Source: the human T2T-CHM13v2.0 reference genome, Homo sapiens
Length of the DNA stretch: 64,000 nucleotides
NCBI RefSeq assembly: GCF_009914755.1
Contig: NC_060932.1
Reading direction: 5' to 3' (one strand)
Each line of letters opens with the position of its first letter. The stretch's first letter is position 1. The translations under genes and the position numbers were made by a program. The notes below the pieces were generated by a model. It saw nothing but the letters and a program-made list of their open reading frames with translations. It did not search any database and had not been told where the DNA came from. This document shows positions 32,620 to 52,206 of this stretch, in pieces.

Positions 32620-34334
32620 AGACAGCGTCTCACTTTGTGACTCAGGCTAGCAGTGGCATGATCTCGGCTCACTGCAGCCTCCAACTCCCAGATTCAAGCA
32701 ACCCTTCTGCCTCAGCCCCGCCAAATAGCTGGGATTACAGGTACACACCACCACACTGGGCTAATTTTTGTATTTATAATAGAGATGAGTTTTCACCATA
32801 TTGGCCAGGCTGTTTTCAAACTCCTGACCTCAAGTGATCTGCCCACCTTGGCCTCTTAAAGTGCTAGGATTACAGGTGTGAGCCACCTCTGCGCCTGGCT
32901 GACCTGACTAATTTTTAACTTTTGTAGAGACAGGGTCTTGCTATGTTCCCAGGCTAGAGTACAGTGCTGCAATCTTGGCTCGCTGCAGCTTTAACCTCCT
33001 GGGCTCCAGCAATCCTCCTACCTCAGCCTCCCGAGTAGTTGGGACTATGGGCACGTGCCACCACACCTGGCTAATTTTTGTATTTTTTGTAGAGATGGGG
33101 GTCTTGCCATAATACCCAGGCCAGTCTCAAACTCTTGGCCTCAAGCAATTGCCAGCCATGGCCTCCCAAAGTGCTGGGATTACAGGCAAGCCACTGTGCC
33201 TGGCCGTATATATTCTTTATTCTTTATAAGATGGTAGGACAGTTCTATACCTCTGCTTTTTTTTTTTTTTTTTACCAATGACGCGTCGTGGAGATAGTTG
33301 CAACTTATTTACCCAGTCCCTCCTGGTAGACATTTTCATTGTTTCCAACCTGTTGCTAGGACAGACAATGCTGCAATATTCTTATACAGGTATGGCTTTT
33401 ACCATGTTGCAGGACACCCATCAGACAAATTCCAAGCACTGGAACTGCTGGGGCAAAGGGAATTTTTATTTGAAATGTTAACACTGCCCAATGGTTCTCC
33501 ATGGTGGTTACATCTATTTATCTACCAGCAATATATGAAAGTTCTTGTTTCCCCACATCCTCACCAATATAGAATATTATCATTTAAAACAAATCTCAAT
33601 CTGAGTCAAGAAAGATGGCATGCCATAATGAGGCTAAGCATCTTACATATTCTAGAGACATCTGCATTTCTTTTTCTGCAGATTACTTGTTCATTTCCTT
33701 TGCTCATTTTTCTGCTGGGTTGTTGGTCTTTTTTTTTTTCTTAATATAGATTTATAAGAGCTCTTGAAAAAAAATAAAGAAATTAGCCCTTTGCATGCAA
33801 TCGATTTTTTTCCCTGCCTACTGTTTGGATTTATTTATGGTGTTCTGTTCCATGAAGAATATTTTAATTTTTATAGTCACAATTTAAAAATCTGCTTCTT
33901 CATTCTTGCTCACGATACATAAAATGAAGAAAGCAAGATTTTAAATTGCATATTTTCTTTTAAGACTTCTGGGTATCATGGAATACTCACAAAGGCTTCC
34001 TTTCCTGTTTTCTTTGAGGACTTTAATAGTTTCCTTTGGTTTTATCTGTCTTTTATCCTACTGAAATTTTTTTTTCCAGAGAGTTGCTCAATTGTCCCTA
34101 CACCATTTATTGAATAATACTTTTTTTTTTGAGACAGAGTCTCACTCTGTTGCCCAGGCTGTTGTGTAGTGGCACAGTCATAGTTCACTGAAGCCTCAAC
34201 CTTCTGGGTTCAAGTAATCCTCCCACTTCAGCCTCCCAAGTAGCTGGGACCACAGGCACACGTCACCACACCCACCTAATTTTAAACTGTTTTGTAAAGA
34301 CGAGGTCTCCCTATGTTGCCCAGGCTAGTCTTGA

Positions 34335-34749
<415 letters not shown>

Positions 34750-35305
34750 CCGCATTCATTTTCTTAATTTTAAAAACTAAAGTTAACATGTCACACATAT
34801 ATGAATGCACACTGGCAGGTAATATCTGGTCTTGCCAAACTCTATGAAAAGACTCAACAAAATGACTATCAGTTTTATATCTAAAATAATTTAACTTCAC
34901 TTTAATACAGGACAGAATTACTTGTAAAAGAAAAAAACAGAACAATCATCTCCTTTTCCAAGGCCTGTATGAGCACACCTGCCCACTTGGATCTCTTTTA
35001 GTCTCATTCTCTTTTGTACATATCTCATTAGGTCCTTATTTTGAGCTTTTTTATTCATGAATGCCCTGTGCTCTACAATTGAGGACCTTATTGCAGCTGA
35101 ATGCTGTGCAGTATAAGACCGTCCTGCTGATGAACCATTTCTTACATGTATATTTAGTTCCCCAACTAGCTAATACTTCTTTGTTGTACACTAATGTGGC
35201 TTATACTTTTTTCCCCATTTGAGTTCTAAATAGAGTTGGACACAAAGATGGTGGAGGTTAATCCAAATGTACAAACATATTGATCATCCCTTCTCTTTCT
35301 TAGTT

Positions 35306-35699
35306 TTGTGTGTGTGTGTATGTTTGTGTGTGTATGTGTGTTTGTGTGTGTATATGTGTGTATGTTTGTGTATGTGTTTGTGTGTTTATGTGTGTCCGTG
35401 TGTGTGTTTGTGTACACGTTTGTGTGTTTGTGCGTGTATTTGTGTGTGCATGTGTATATGTATGTTTGTGTGTGTTTGTGTGTGTGTGTATATGTGTATG
35501 TGTGTTTGTGTGTATATTTGTGTTTGTGTATATGTGTGTATATGTGTGTGTTTGTGTGTTTGTTTGTATGTATTTGTGTGTGTGTATATGTATGTGTGTA
35601 TATGTGTATGTGTGTGTTTATGAGTATATGTGTGTCTAAGTGTACATTTGTGTGTGTTTGTGTGTATGTGTATATATGTGTGTGTGTGTATGCCTGTGT
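35306..35699. repeat. ~390-bp degenerate (TG/TA)n tract
   Basis: Alternating purine-pyrimidine sequence; source of the spurious VCVC ORFs. Confidence 0.95.
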
Positions 35700-35781
35700 T
35701 TCCCCTTAACTTCTAGTTTCAAGTTTCAAGTTTCCTAAGGCTGTCCTCACAAAACACCACATACCCCTTCCTTGCCTTTAC

Positions 35782-35988
35782 CTGTGCACAACGACAAAGG
35801 CTCCGAGGGTCCAGGAAAGAAAAGATGTATAAAGATAACACCCTTGGAAGCTTGGTTGTAAAGTCCAGGGCTTCTGCTGGAATTTTCTCTTGAAGCTTTC
35901 GACAGCAGAACTTTTGCTGGGACAGCGAGCAGCGCTCCAACAGGCCTGTGAGGATTCTTCTTCTTTGAGAGTCTGTCCATTTGTCAAA
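35782..35988 (-). CDS. FBXO16: FBXO16 exon 4 (207 nt; FDKWTDSQ...LCRCAQ; most of the F-box)
   Basis: Lies inside ORF 35719..36126(-). Boundaries ttccag|TTT and CAG|gtaaag. F-box signature LP..L...IFSFLD...L. Confidence 0.97.
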
Positions 35989-36824
35989 CTGGAAACACAA
36001 AACAAAGCAAAATGTAAAAAGCTCCAGGTTTAGTCTGATAGCAGATTCATTACGAGTAAGACATGACAATGGCATAGAAAGGGAGTTTAGTAATTTATTT
36101 CTAGTATTTATTTCCCTAATCAGCAAATTCCATGCTTTGCCACCTATCTTCTCTCACATTTATATGGGAGCATGTGCATGACCTAAGTGCGCACACAGAA
36201 GTGCATGTGACCTCAAAACTTGCAGTCACATGTGAACAATAAATTGGGAGCTGGCCATATTCACAAACTGAGAATATATCTGCTTATAAAAGACAATTTT
36301 AAGATAAAATAACTGTGCAGCTCCTCCCCCCAAATAGTTTCTGCATTATCCCATCAGTGCTTAAAACAGCAGGACCAGAAACAAATCCTTGTATTCACAA
36401 TTGGAGATAAAGTATTACAAGCAAATATCCCTCAGAAGGAAAGTATATTGGCGTAAATTCTCACTAGTATGTAAATGACTGATATGATTGGAGAGGATGT
36501 GTTGATAAAGGAGGACTTGAAGAGAGGAAGTGAATGCCAAAGGAAGCCAGGGTATGTCCAACAATTGGCTACTTCACAGTTTTCCTCAGAGATTACCCTG
36601 AACAACACCCAAGATCAGGGAATGACCAAGGATGAGCACCTTGAGACTGCCCAAAACCAAAAGAGAAAAAGGGAACAACACTACCAGCTTAGTGAGCTAC
36701 TTCACTGGAAGTCTTAATCTCTTTTCTTCCCTGGCCCATTGGGGAAGAGAAAATAGGGAAGTTTGAGCTGGTTGTATTTTTGTATATTATTGCATTTCAC
36801 ATATATTCAGTACAGTTATTATAA

Positions 36825-37058
<234 letters not shown>

Positions 37059-37339
37059 TGATCCACCCACCTTGGCCTCCCAAAGTGCTAAGACTACAGG
37101 CGAGAGCCACTGTGCCCGGCTATAAACAGAATTTTATAATCTGTTTATAATTATTTTAGTCATAATCATAAAATACACTGACTACCTAAAAAGGCACGTA
37201 AAGGAAAAATTTATTTTTTGCAAGCCTTACAACAAGTTAACTTCATCACAGTTGTACAATGTATTTTAAATTTATTTGATTTTTTTTTTTCTTTTTGGCT
37301 TCACAAGGGTCAACTTGATATATATTTTTTAATTAGTAG

Positions 37340-38143
<804 letters not shown>

Positions 38144-38882
38144 TTAGAGGCGTGGTGGCTCATGCCTGGGAGGCCGAGGCCGGTGGATTACGTGAGGTCA
38201 GGAGTTCAAGACCAGCCTGACCAACATGGAGAAACCCCGTCTCTACTGAAAACACAAAATTAGCCAGGCATGGTGGTACATGCCTGTAATTCCAGCTATT
38301 CGGGAGTGTGAGGCAGGAGAATCGCTTGAACCCAGGAGGCGGAGGTTGCGGAGTGCTATTGCACTCCAGCCTGGGCAACAAGAGCAAAAACTCCATCTGA
38401 AAAAACAAAACAAAACAAAACAAAAAAACAGTAGAATAACAGTAGAAATACTTCCTAAATAAAACTATTCACTACTATAGATTTATTCTATGACCCACAA
38501 ATCTCACTTTGGAGACTATCACTGCAGTGGGGAGGAGGAGGACCCTAAAATGAAAAAACAAAAACTTTAACTGCGAAGACTACAGGAATAAAACTGATTC
38601 ATGTGTGAGTGTTCCCTGACATCTCCTAGCCCCGTTTCTATACAAGCCATATCTCCAACTCCCATAAAAGGAGACTTCTGGCCAGGCGCGGTGGCTCACA
38701 CCTGTAATCCCAGCACTTTGGGAGGCCGAGGTGGGTGGATCACGAAGTCAGGAGATCGAGACCATCCTGGCTGACACGGTGAAAACCCATCTCTACTTAA
38801 AAAAAAAAAAAAAAATTAGCCGGGCATGGTGGCAGGCGCCTGTAGTCCCAGTTACATGGGAGGCTGAAGCAGAAGAATGGCG

Positions 38883-39070
38883 ATAAAGAGCCAAAAGGAA
38901 GGTGAGAGGCGAGAGAGGAAGAACAGTTGGAAAGTTGGCTTGACGGGAGTTGTGGGCCTCACAGAGGCAATGGTAGCCTCTACGGCAGCTAGTGTGGGAG
39001 AGCTGGGGAGTGAAGGCAGATTGGAGGAGTATGGCTGTGAGTTTTGAACTGGATCTCCTGTTTTCCTTGA
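38883..39070. mobile_element. L2 internal fragment
   Basis: ggtagcctctacggcagctagtgtgggagagctgg resembles recalled L2 sequence. Confidence 0.45.
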
Positions 39071-40846
39071 AAGAGACAAAATGAAGATTGGAATTCATTT
39101 TACTTATTTTTTATTTCATTCTGTTTTTTTAGAGACAGGGTCTCGCTGTGTCGCCCAGGTTGGCGTACAGTGGTGCAATCCTACTCACTACAGCCTCGAT
39201 CTCCTGGGCTCAAGGGATCCTCCCACCTCAGCCTCCTGAGTGGCTGGGATGTGCTACCACATCTGGCCTGGAATTCATTCTAAAATTACTTTTGGGCAGT
39301 GCTATGTGAGTCTGGTGGGGCTGAGCTACGTTGAGACCCAGGATGATTACGGTTACAAAAAATTTTCATAAGATATTATGGCTGCCACAACAAAATCAAA
39401 GATAACTCAAAATGCCTAATAGTAGGGGATCAGCTAAACAAACCGTAATATATCAACATGATAGGGGAAAGCAGGGCATTATGGGTTGATGGTGGGCTTA
39501 GGAATAAGACAATTTGATGTCTCACTCCCAATATTCTATTAGTTCTTTTACTCATCAGAAATACGTCAGCCTCGATTTCCTCATTTATACATTAGAGATA
39601 ATTACATCTACCTTGTAGGGTGGTTGTGAGGATTAAATACAATAATATATGTATAAAATTCCTAATAGAGTGCATGACTCATTGTAGACATGGCAGCTAC
39701 TATTAGAAAATGTCACAGTGATGTTAAAAATAATATGTATGTGGGTTAAGTAACTATAAAAAGATGTGCGCATAAAATTACCATGTTTGTACATTGACAA
39801 GGATGGAAAGTGCATTGAGAATAAATGAGGTTAGCTCATCTACTTTCCCGCTGTCCCCAAAAGAGAATGGACTCAGGTTGCAGAATGAGTGATTTAACAC
39901 GAATATAAAAGAACATTAGTATTACACAATACTGAAGAAATCTATAAAAGAAAACATTAAAACACTTTCCCCAGCGATTAAAAAGATAATTACATTGGTT
40001 CCTCATTTATTTCCCTGATTACAATGGTCAGAGGTAATTTGTTTGGCTTTGATAGGTGTTCTTTACCTCAAGGGATTTTCCTTTCTAATTGTGTTTGTTT
40101 AGGCTAATAGAAAACTAATTTACATTCCTTAAACTACCAACTGAAGAAGGTTAGATGACTCAGAAGAATGCTGAACAGTAGGGGAAAATCCCTCTACAAT
40201 TTAGAAGGTGCTAGAAATAATCCAAAAAGTAGATAATCCATGGAGGGGTTAACTGTACAGGAATTCAGTTATCCCCCACGTCTCTTGCGTCACCTCTCAA
40301 GCAAAAATACCCCTAACTGAGTAGCCAGGGACCTCATGTATGAGATTGGGGGACCGTCAGGACCATTATTCTCCTATTCTAGCATCATGTACGGTACCTT
40401 GCTTCCCAATTCATTCCTGAAGGATGCCTTTTTTAAGGCTTTCTTGACTCAATATAACTATGCACATCCTATTTTTAGAGTAGTTGTTACAAGGATTCTT
40501 GCTGCCATTTCAGGAAGTGAGAAGGTTGCTAGGGCGATCAGGTTCCACCCACCTCACACTGAATGGCAAAAAGAGGGTGGGAGGGGGATAAAGAGAGAGG
40601 CTTGTTTCTGTTGACTTATTGGTTATACGATCTCTTCTGGTTGAGTTTCTGAGTCCTATTATCAAAAATTTAATTTCACAAAGTGTAAATACGTTTTTGT
40701 CTTAAAAGTTTCAAACAGGGCTGGGCGAGGTGGCTCACATCTGTAGTCCCAGCACTTTGAAAGGCCAACACGGAAGGAAGGATTGCTTGAGCCCAGGAGT
40801 TCAAGACCAAAACCAGCTGGGCAACATTGCGAGATCCTGTTTCTTA

Positions 40847-40996
<150 letters not shown>

Positions 40997-41195
40997 CTAC
41001 AGAGTAAGACTCCATCTTGAAAAAAAAAAAAAGTTTCAAGCAGGCACACATAGAATCAATAGAATAAAAAATGAAAAGCTTCTTTAACACTGCTCCCCAT
41101 TAAATCTCACTTCATCTCCCACAGATAACCAGTGTTCAAAAGTTTGATGTTCATGCATTTCCTTTTTTTCTAATTAAAAAAAAATTTTTTTATTA

Positions 41196-41481
<286 letters not shown>

Positions 41482-41854
41482 TCAGAAAAAAAAAAAAAAT
41501 TGTTTTCAGAGACAAAGTCTTGCTATGTGGCCCAGGCTGGAGTGCAGTGGCTATTCACAGGCATGATCATCGTGCACTACAGCTTCAAACTCGTGGGCTC
41601 AAGTAATTCTCCTGCTTTAGTCTCTGGATTAGCTGGGACTTGAGGCATGGCACCACCATGCCTGGAAGATTGTCATGCATTTCTATACATTCACACACAC
41701 ACATATCTCCATCAGCTTAGTGGCAGTGAAATAAATTAGAGTACACCCATCCCAGGGAACACTATGTAGCAGTTTAAAAAATAAACAAAATGGCTGGGAG
41801 TGGTGGCTCACGCCTGTAATACTAGCACTTTGGGAGGCCAAGGCGGGTGGATCA

Positions 41855-42461
<607 letters not shown>

Positions 42462-43578
42462 TCATTCAGTCATAGCAGGATGAATATGGCATTTTCTATT
42501 TACTCAATTTACTACTGATACCATTACTACTGATACCTTTCCAATAGGAAGAAAGAAAAAGGAGGAGGAGGAGCAATATCTTGGCACATGCTTTTTCATG
42601 CCTTTTCATGTTCTAAATGAATATTTCTCTAGTATACATAAATAGAGGTTCAAAGCGTACGTGCATTTAACATTTTAACAGATCCTGTCAAATTGTCTTT
42701 AAAAGGTCTTTACCAAGTGAGTTTAAAAGTATCTTCCTGCTTTCCAGTGAATCCTTTCTTACAGGGTATATTATATATTATTATCTAGCTCTTCAATTTT
42801 TGCCATATAGGCAAGGAAGAGAGAATTTGGGAATTTCGTTGTTTTCATTTGCATGTCTCTGATTTTGGTAAAATTGAGCATATTTTATATGCTTGTTGTT
42901 CATTTTTTATAATATTCTTCATTCTTATATTAGCCCATTATTCTGTAGGGATATTTGTATTTTTCTTATTGACTTGTAGGAACTCTTTATATATCCTGGA
43001 TATTAATCATTTTGCTATCATGCAATTTGCAAAACAGTTTTCCTTGTTTCTCTTTTGAATTCTAACTCTGATTATGGTGGTTTCCAGCAAGTTAAAAGTG
43101 ATGCCATCTACTTTATTAAAATGGGTTATTATGTTACTATTATTTATATTAGCAACAGAGCAGAAGCTGAGAGAAAATCTGAGATTCTTTCTCTTTTCAC
43201 TTCTCCTGTGGTGTTCTCTCTCAGTTTGGGAGGGAATCACCTTTTCTAACAGGGATTGAAGGGCAGAGAAGATTTGAGAGGAAGGGGATTAAGTAGTAGC
43301 ATGAAACAGCAAAGTAGAAGAGCTTTTCAGTTTCTCTTAATTATTTTATTTGCTGTTGTACAGAACATTAGACAGGTATGGCCAAATATAAAAATACTTC
43401 CGGACTGTCTATCATTGAATACAATTCATATTATATTTTATCTCTCACTGTCTAGATTCTTTTTTAAAAAATGATTTCACTTCTAATACTAGATGAAACT
43501 TTAAAACTAAGACAGTGCTTGATGTCTACAGTGAAAATCCCAAGTAATGCTAAGTAAAAACACTGGTATCCTTATTTC

Positions 43579-43631
43579 CCCTTCCTTCCTTCCTTCCTTC
43601 CCTCCTTCCTTCCTCTCTCTTTCTTTCTTTC
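43579..43631. repeat. (TTCC)n/(TTTC)n polypyrimidine repeat
   Basis: Seen directly. Confidence 0.9.
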
Positions 43632-44049
43632 GAAAATGCATTTCTTATGTTACTGTCTTGTCCATGAAACACACAAACAAAGAAAATCTAAAAATTAAAA
43701 TGGAGACAGAAATGTAAATAAAGATAAATTATAAATATCTCCTTTAAGCCCAATTCATTGGGTTTTTGCAGGGGTACATAGGCTACCATATGACTTAGTG
43801 ATTTTAAGGAATAAGTTTGTTTGGGGAAAGGAGAAAAACAAGAGACCATTATTTATTGATTTAGAAAATATCTGTTAATGCCTGGTAAGCATCAAGGAAT
43901 GTATAACGAAAAACAGGAAGAAGCCAGCCCTGCCTCCATAGATTACTCTCTTGAAGAAAGAAAACAGAGAATCTCACAAAAAAAAAAAAAAAAAAAAAAA
44001 AAGCCCAGAGATGGATATTTTGATCATCACCCAGGGATGGCCATTGAGA

Positions 44050-45420
<1,371 letters not shown>

Positions 45421-45503
45421 TACAGAAAGCACCTGCCATGCTTCTCAGGAAATGAGGAAGCACTCCCTTAAATCCAAGCTGAATTCTCTGGCCTCTGTGA
45501 TAA

Positions 45504-45899
45504 TGCTACAGACTGAATGTTTACATCACCCCCAAATTCATGTTGAAATCTCAACCCCCCAGTGTGATGGGATTAGGAGGTGGGGTCTTTGTGAAGTGAT
45601 TAGGTCATGAGGGTGGGGCCCTCATGAAGGGGATTATTGTCCTTATAAAGAAGACCCCAGATAATTCATTCTCCCTCTTCTGCCATGTGAGGACACAGTG
45701 AGGAGGTGGCTGTCTATGAAGAGAGGCCTCAGCAGACACTGAATCTGCCAGCACCTTGATCTTGAGCTTCCTAAGCCTCCGGAACCATGAAAAACAAATG
45801 TCTGGGTTTTTTTCTTTCTATCCAAGTTGAGTAAAATATGTCTGTTATTTATAAGCCACCCAGTCTGATTTTTTAATAGCAGCCTGAAAGATGAAAACA
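45504..45899 (+). mobile_element. MLT1A-like MaLR LTR
   Basis: tgctacagactgaatgttt...cccccaaattcatgttgaaatc...ataagccacccagtct. Confidence 0.8.
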
Positions 45900-45942
45900 G
45901 ATAACATAACATAATGCAAAAATAGTATTTTTAAATGTTTAC

Positions 45943-45978
45943 CCATTTGCCAAGCAGGGCTCTTCTTTCTTCAAATAC
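45943..45978 (-). CDS. FBXO16: FBXO16 exon 3, 36-nt microexon (VFEERRALLGKW)
   Basis: ctgtag|GTATTT...AAATGG|gtaaac; phase 0/0 and in frame between exons 2 and 4. Confidence 0.93.
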
Positions 45979-46486
45979 CTACAGTAAGTAAAAAAGAATA
46001 TGGTAATTTCATATACCATAGTTCAAAATACCCATTACAAGAAAGATACCATTAAGGGATCGGTGAATAAACATTCATTGTATCAACTGAATATTAAAAG
46101 GCAGATTTTACTCCTGAGGTTATATATTTTTACCCTGGGCAAGGTTTCTCTCTCTTTTTTTTTCTTTCAGTTTCTACATGTGGAATAATTCATATGAAAG
46201 AAGAAGTAATAAGGCTGGGTTCAGTGGCTCACACCTGTAATCCCAGCACTTTGGGAGGCCAAGGCAGGCAGATCATTTGAGCTAGGGAGTTTAAAAGCAG
46301 CCTGGGCAACATGGTGAGACTCTATCTCTACAAAAATACAAAAAATTAGCCAGGCGTGGTGGTGTGTCCCTGTAGTCCCAGCTGAGGCTGAAGTGGGAGG
46401 ATCGCTTGAGCCCGGGGAGTTGAGGCTGCAGTGAGCTATGATCACGTCACTGTACTTCTAACCTGGGTAACAGAGCCAGACCCTGT

Positions 46487-46517
<31 letters not shown>

Positions 46518-49500
46518 AAGAAGAAAAGAAAAAATGAAAGAAAAGAAAAGAAAAAATAGTTTTTTTAAAGTGAAAGAAATTTTAAAAATGGAATTATAAA
46601 GAGAAATCAATTTTAGAATTTGAAAGGAGATGAAAAAACTAACGAAAAAACAGGAACATGAAACTCCCCCATCTGAAATGTTTCAATATTAATAGTATGA
46701 GAATTTACAAAACAAGTGAATGATCAGTTCTGTTTTTCTATTTCAGTGTATACACATATCACAGATGTGATAAGTACTCACATATGTGTATAAGTATGTA
46801 CACATCTGTAGGATTAGAAATGTGTGTGTGTGCACCTCTGAGCTTCCACTTGAATACTTGTTGGTATAGGTTTATTACAATATATTATTTAGGACAGAAA
46901 CTAAGTCTTATTCATCTTGACATCTCCAGTAGAGTGCTTACAGAGCATGTTACAGGTATCTATGTTTATTGAATTGAAAGAATGTGATTGTGAGAATGAA
47001 CATCCTTATGGATGTATCAGTACAATGTGAGTATCTTTACATATTGGTGTTGAGGTGGTTTTCTGAGCATCAGTGCATATGTATATTTCAGTGAGTGAGG
47101 AAAGGAAGACTAACGTGGGGACACGTGGCAGAGAAGGGGGTTATTAAGAGAGGAAGAGAGAGTCATGAACATATGTGAATGTCTCGCTTGCTTTATCCCA
47201 TACACCCTCTGTCAGCTTTCAAAATTGGGATTGATGTTTTTCCCTCCTCTTGGCACTTGCTACATTCTCTAGTGCTGTAAGAATGTCCCCACTTGGAGAG
47301 GTGGCTCAGGCCTATTTCTTCTCTTTTTATGGAAGAGGCTGAGGAGCTGGTTTTATGCTTCCCACACATCATGCTTTCCTTCCTTTTTTAACTCTCAAGC
47401 TCTGGTTGCCAAGGACATACAAAATAGGAATTGAAATAACTGGTTCAACCACCACTTTGGGACCAGTGAAATGTCAGTTTTGCTCTTGGCCAGGGAATCT
47501 CTTCTGTCACAGACAGACACTTTTTGCACATAAGAGAAGAAGAAAAAGACCCTCCCCTGCAGCTAACTGCCACCTGGGCTACCAGGACCCTCAAATAATG
47601 GCAACAGATAAACTCAGAATTTCTAGATGAAAAGAAGTAGAGGAGAATCTGTAGAACACAGAAGATTCAAAGTATCTGGATTCAAATATTGTCTGAATTC
47701 TTCTCTATCAATCATGCATCGCCCAACCCATGCAACCAATGTTGTCACTTTTCTGATGTCCAGGGATTTCTCTCCTCCTAACTCCTACTCAATTTATAGT
47801 TCACACTTCACTTAGACCTTACAGTGTTTGTTTTGCTCTCTAGTGGTTTCTGTTAATTTTATCTTCCCAAGTAGATTACAACCACTTTCTCTTACATGCT
47901 CCACAGAACCCTCAAGTACAGAGTCCATGGAAAGCCCTCAATAAACCATTTTGCTGATTGACTAACAACAACAAGAAAGCTTCAGAAGTCATAGAATTTT
48001 AGAGCTAAAATGAATCCTAAAGGTCTTTTTGTTCGATTCCCATATTTTAGAAAGGATAAGCAGAGGACCAAAGAGGTTATATTTACAGATATTTTAAAAA
48101 TCCCTGGGTCCAAACTGTGTGTTCAGCTCAACACTGCACTTGATTCCTCACCAGATCCTTGGTCTTCCCCATTCTGACTTCCAGCCTTACATTCTTGATG
48201 AACTTCTGCCCATGCTTTGGTCTGACTACAGGAAGAAGAAGAGACTACAACAGAGCTTCAAGAGGAAGTTGAAGCATGGTGTCCAATGATGGTGTGGCCC
48301 ACTGGAAACAAAAGGAAACTGACTTAAAGGGGAAAAGACAGTCAACAAGAAGGTAGTAGAAAAGGAATAGGGTGGATGTTGGGAAGTGCTACGCAGGTTA
48401 AAACACGAGACAAAGTCTAAACAGAGTCCACACAAGTCCAGCTCTTTACCAGAAGGCATCTAGACTCAAGTAGAAACTGATGGGACAGAAGGGGTAGAGG
48501 AAAGACACTAGACTGAAAGTCAGGAGACCTCAGATCTGGTTCTGACTCTACCCTTGACAAGACATATCATTTTGGGCAGATAATTTTGTTGTCAGGTTCT
48601 CAGTTGGACTTATAGTCTTATACACCCTGGTTTGGAGCAAGTCTTTATTTCAGAGATTTGCAATCAGGTTCTTCATTTTAAAGAGCTGGAAAACAAAGTA
48701 TTTCTTCCAAATGGAAATATTAAAATGGATCTTCTTTTCTTGCAAGATGCTGCAGTCTGTTTATATCACAGTTTACTCAAAGCCTGCTGTTAAGTCAAAA
48801 TCCCACGGTTGTTATTTTAATCTGTTGACACTGTAGTTACATATTTTACCGTGTGACATCATTACAATGTAGGAGTGAGATATTTAGGGGCCCCTAAATA
48901 ATGATTGATTGATGGTAACTGGGTGCTTTTTCTCAGAACACTTTTTTAACATGTACTGTACAACATGTGTGAACCATACCCTAAAAGAAATGTGGATCAC
49001 TTTCCTTTCTTTTAAAAAACTGTGTATATTTAAGGTATACAACTTGATGTTTTGATATACACATACATAATGAAATGTCAAGGAAATTATCCTATCCGTC
49101 ATCTTCCATAGTTACCTTTCTATGTATGTGTGATAAAGATCACTTTCAATTAAAACACTAGTTGGCAAAGAAATACACACTTTAAAAACATTCCTTCACC
49201 CAAAATTCACAATGCTTGAATAACTTACTAATCTGTTATATATGCCTATCCTGATGACGCAGTTTTTTTTTTAGGCGTCTAAATTTGAATTTAGAGAATT
49301 CAATCTTCTGCTTAAAACCTGCTGTGAAGTTAAAATCCTGTGACTCTTATTTTAGTCTAAGATAGTTACATATTTCACATTTTACTACAGAATAGAAGAA
49401 AGACAAAATTAAAACAAAAACAAAAAACAGGGCCTTAAAATTTCACTGATCATTGGTGACAAATGCCCTCATTTAGAAGTATGGAAGCCCCTTGAAATTA

Positions 49501-50053
49501 TTGTCTGGATACCTTTTGGCCAGCTGTCTCCTCGGGCATCTATTTTTAATTCCTTTCACACAGTTAGAATGTTAGATCCAGAAGGGACCTTCAAGGTCAT
49601 CTGATCCAATCCACTCATTTTACAAAGGAGGATAAAGCCCAGAGAAGGTAAAACTGGTACAGCTGATTTGAAACCAGAGTTTTCAACTCCAGAGTTATTG
49701 TTCTTTGTTTACTTATATGTATGGGTGTGTGTGTGTGTATAATATACGATACATATTTATGTTCTAATTTGTTTTAAAATTGGAAACATTGCTGCATTGT
49801 ATGAAGTAAGAAAATGAAAGCTCTCTCTTCTAACACACCCTCCTCTGTCCACCAACACCCATATAACTCTTTGGGAAAAACCAGTATTAACAGTTTGATA
49901 TAGCTGGGCATGGTGGTTGACACCTGTAATCCCAGAGCTTTGGGAGGCTGAGACAGAGGCTCACTTGCACTCAGGAGTTTGAGACCAGGCCTTTTTTCTA
50001 ATAAAAACAAAAACAAATTAGCCGGGCATGGTGGTGTGAGCCTGGTGGTCCTA

Positions 50054-50161
<108 letters not shown>

Positions 50162-50424
50162 TCAAAAACAAACAAACAAACACCAGCTTGGCATAATCAT
50201 ACACAAATTCTATGTGTGTGACTCTGCATTTGTACACAACTTACGTGTATATATACACACAAAGATTTTTAAAAATAATTTTATGCCACACAAGAACCTA
50301 ACTAAACCAAAAAATTATTATTATTATTTTTGGAATAAAATGGGAGTTTGGGACAATAAAATACATATTATCTTGAGAAGTGATCATTACATTGGATAAA
50401 AATCTATTAAAGAACCAATGAGTA

Positions 50425-51565
<1,141 letters not shown>

Positions 51566-51756
51566 GCATTCAGGCAATTTTTTGCCTCCTAAGACACTTT
51601 TCTTCTCCACAGCTGCTAAATTGATCAAGACTCGTAATTTTTCGAAGAAAATTTCTGAAAATCAAGGAATCTAATTAACGCGTATTTGAATTCAAGTCAC
51701 TTTTTCAATGTGTGTAAAACCTTCACAATTCTATGGGAAGACAGAATTCAAAATGA

Positions 51757-52068
<312 letters not shown>

Positions 52069-52071
52069 TAA

Positions 52072-52206
<135 letters not shown>

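Noticed and set aside
33298-33744. 148-aa + strand ORF
   Set aside because: Lies in antisense old L1 (L1ME-like) 3' sequence; chance open frame.
35226-35709. Cys/Val-rich and His/Thr-rich ORFs
   Set aside because: Artefacts of the TG/CA repeat.
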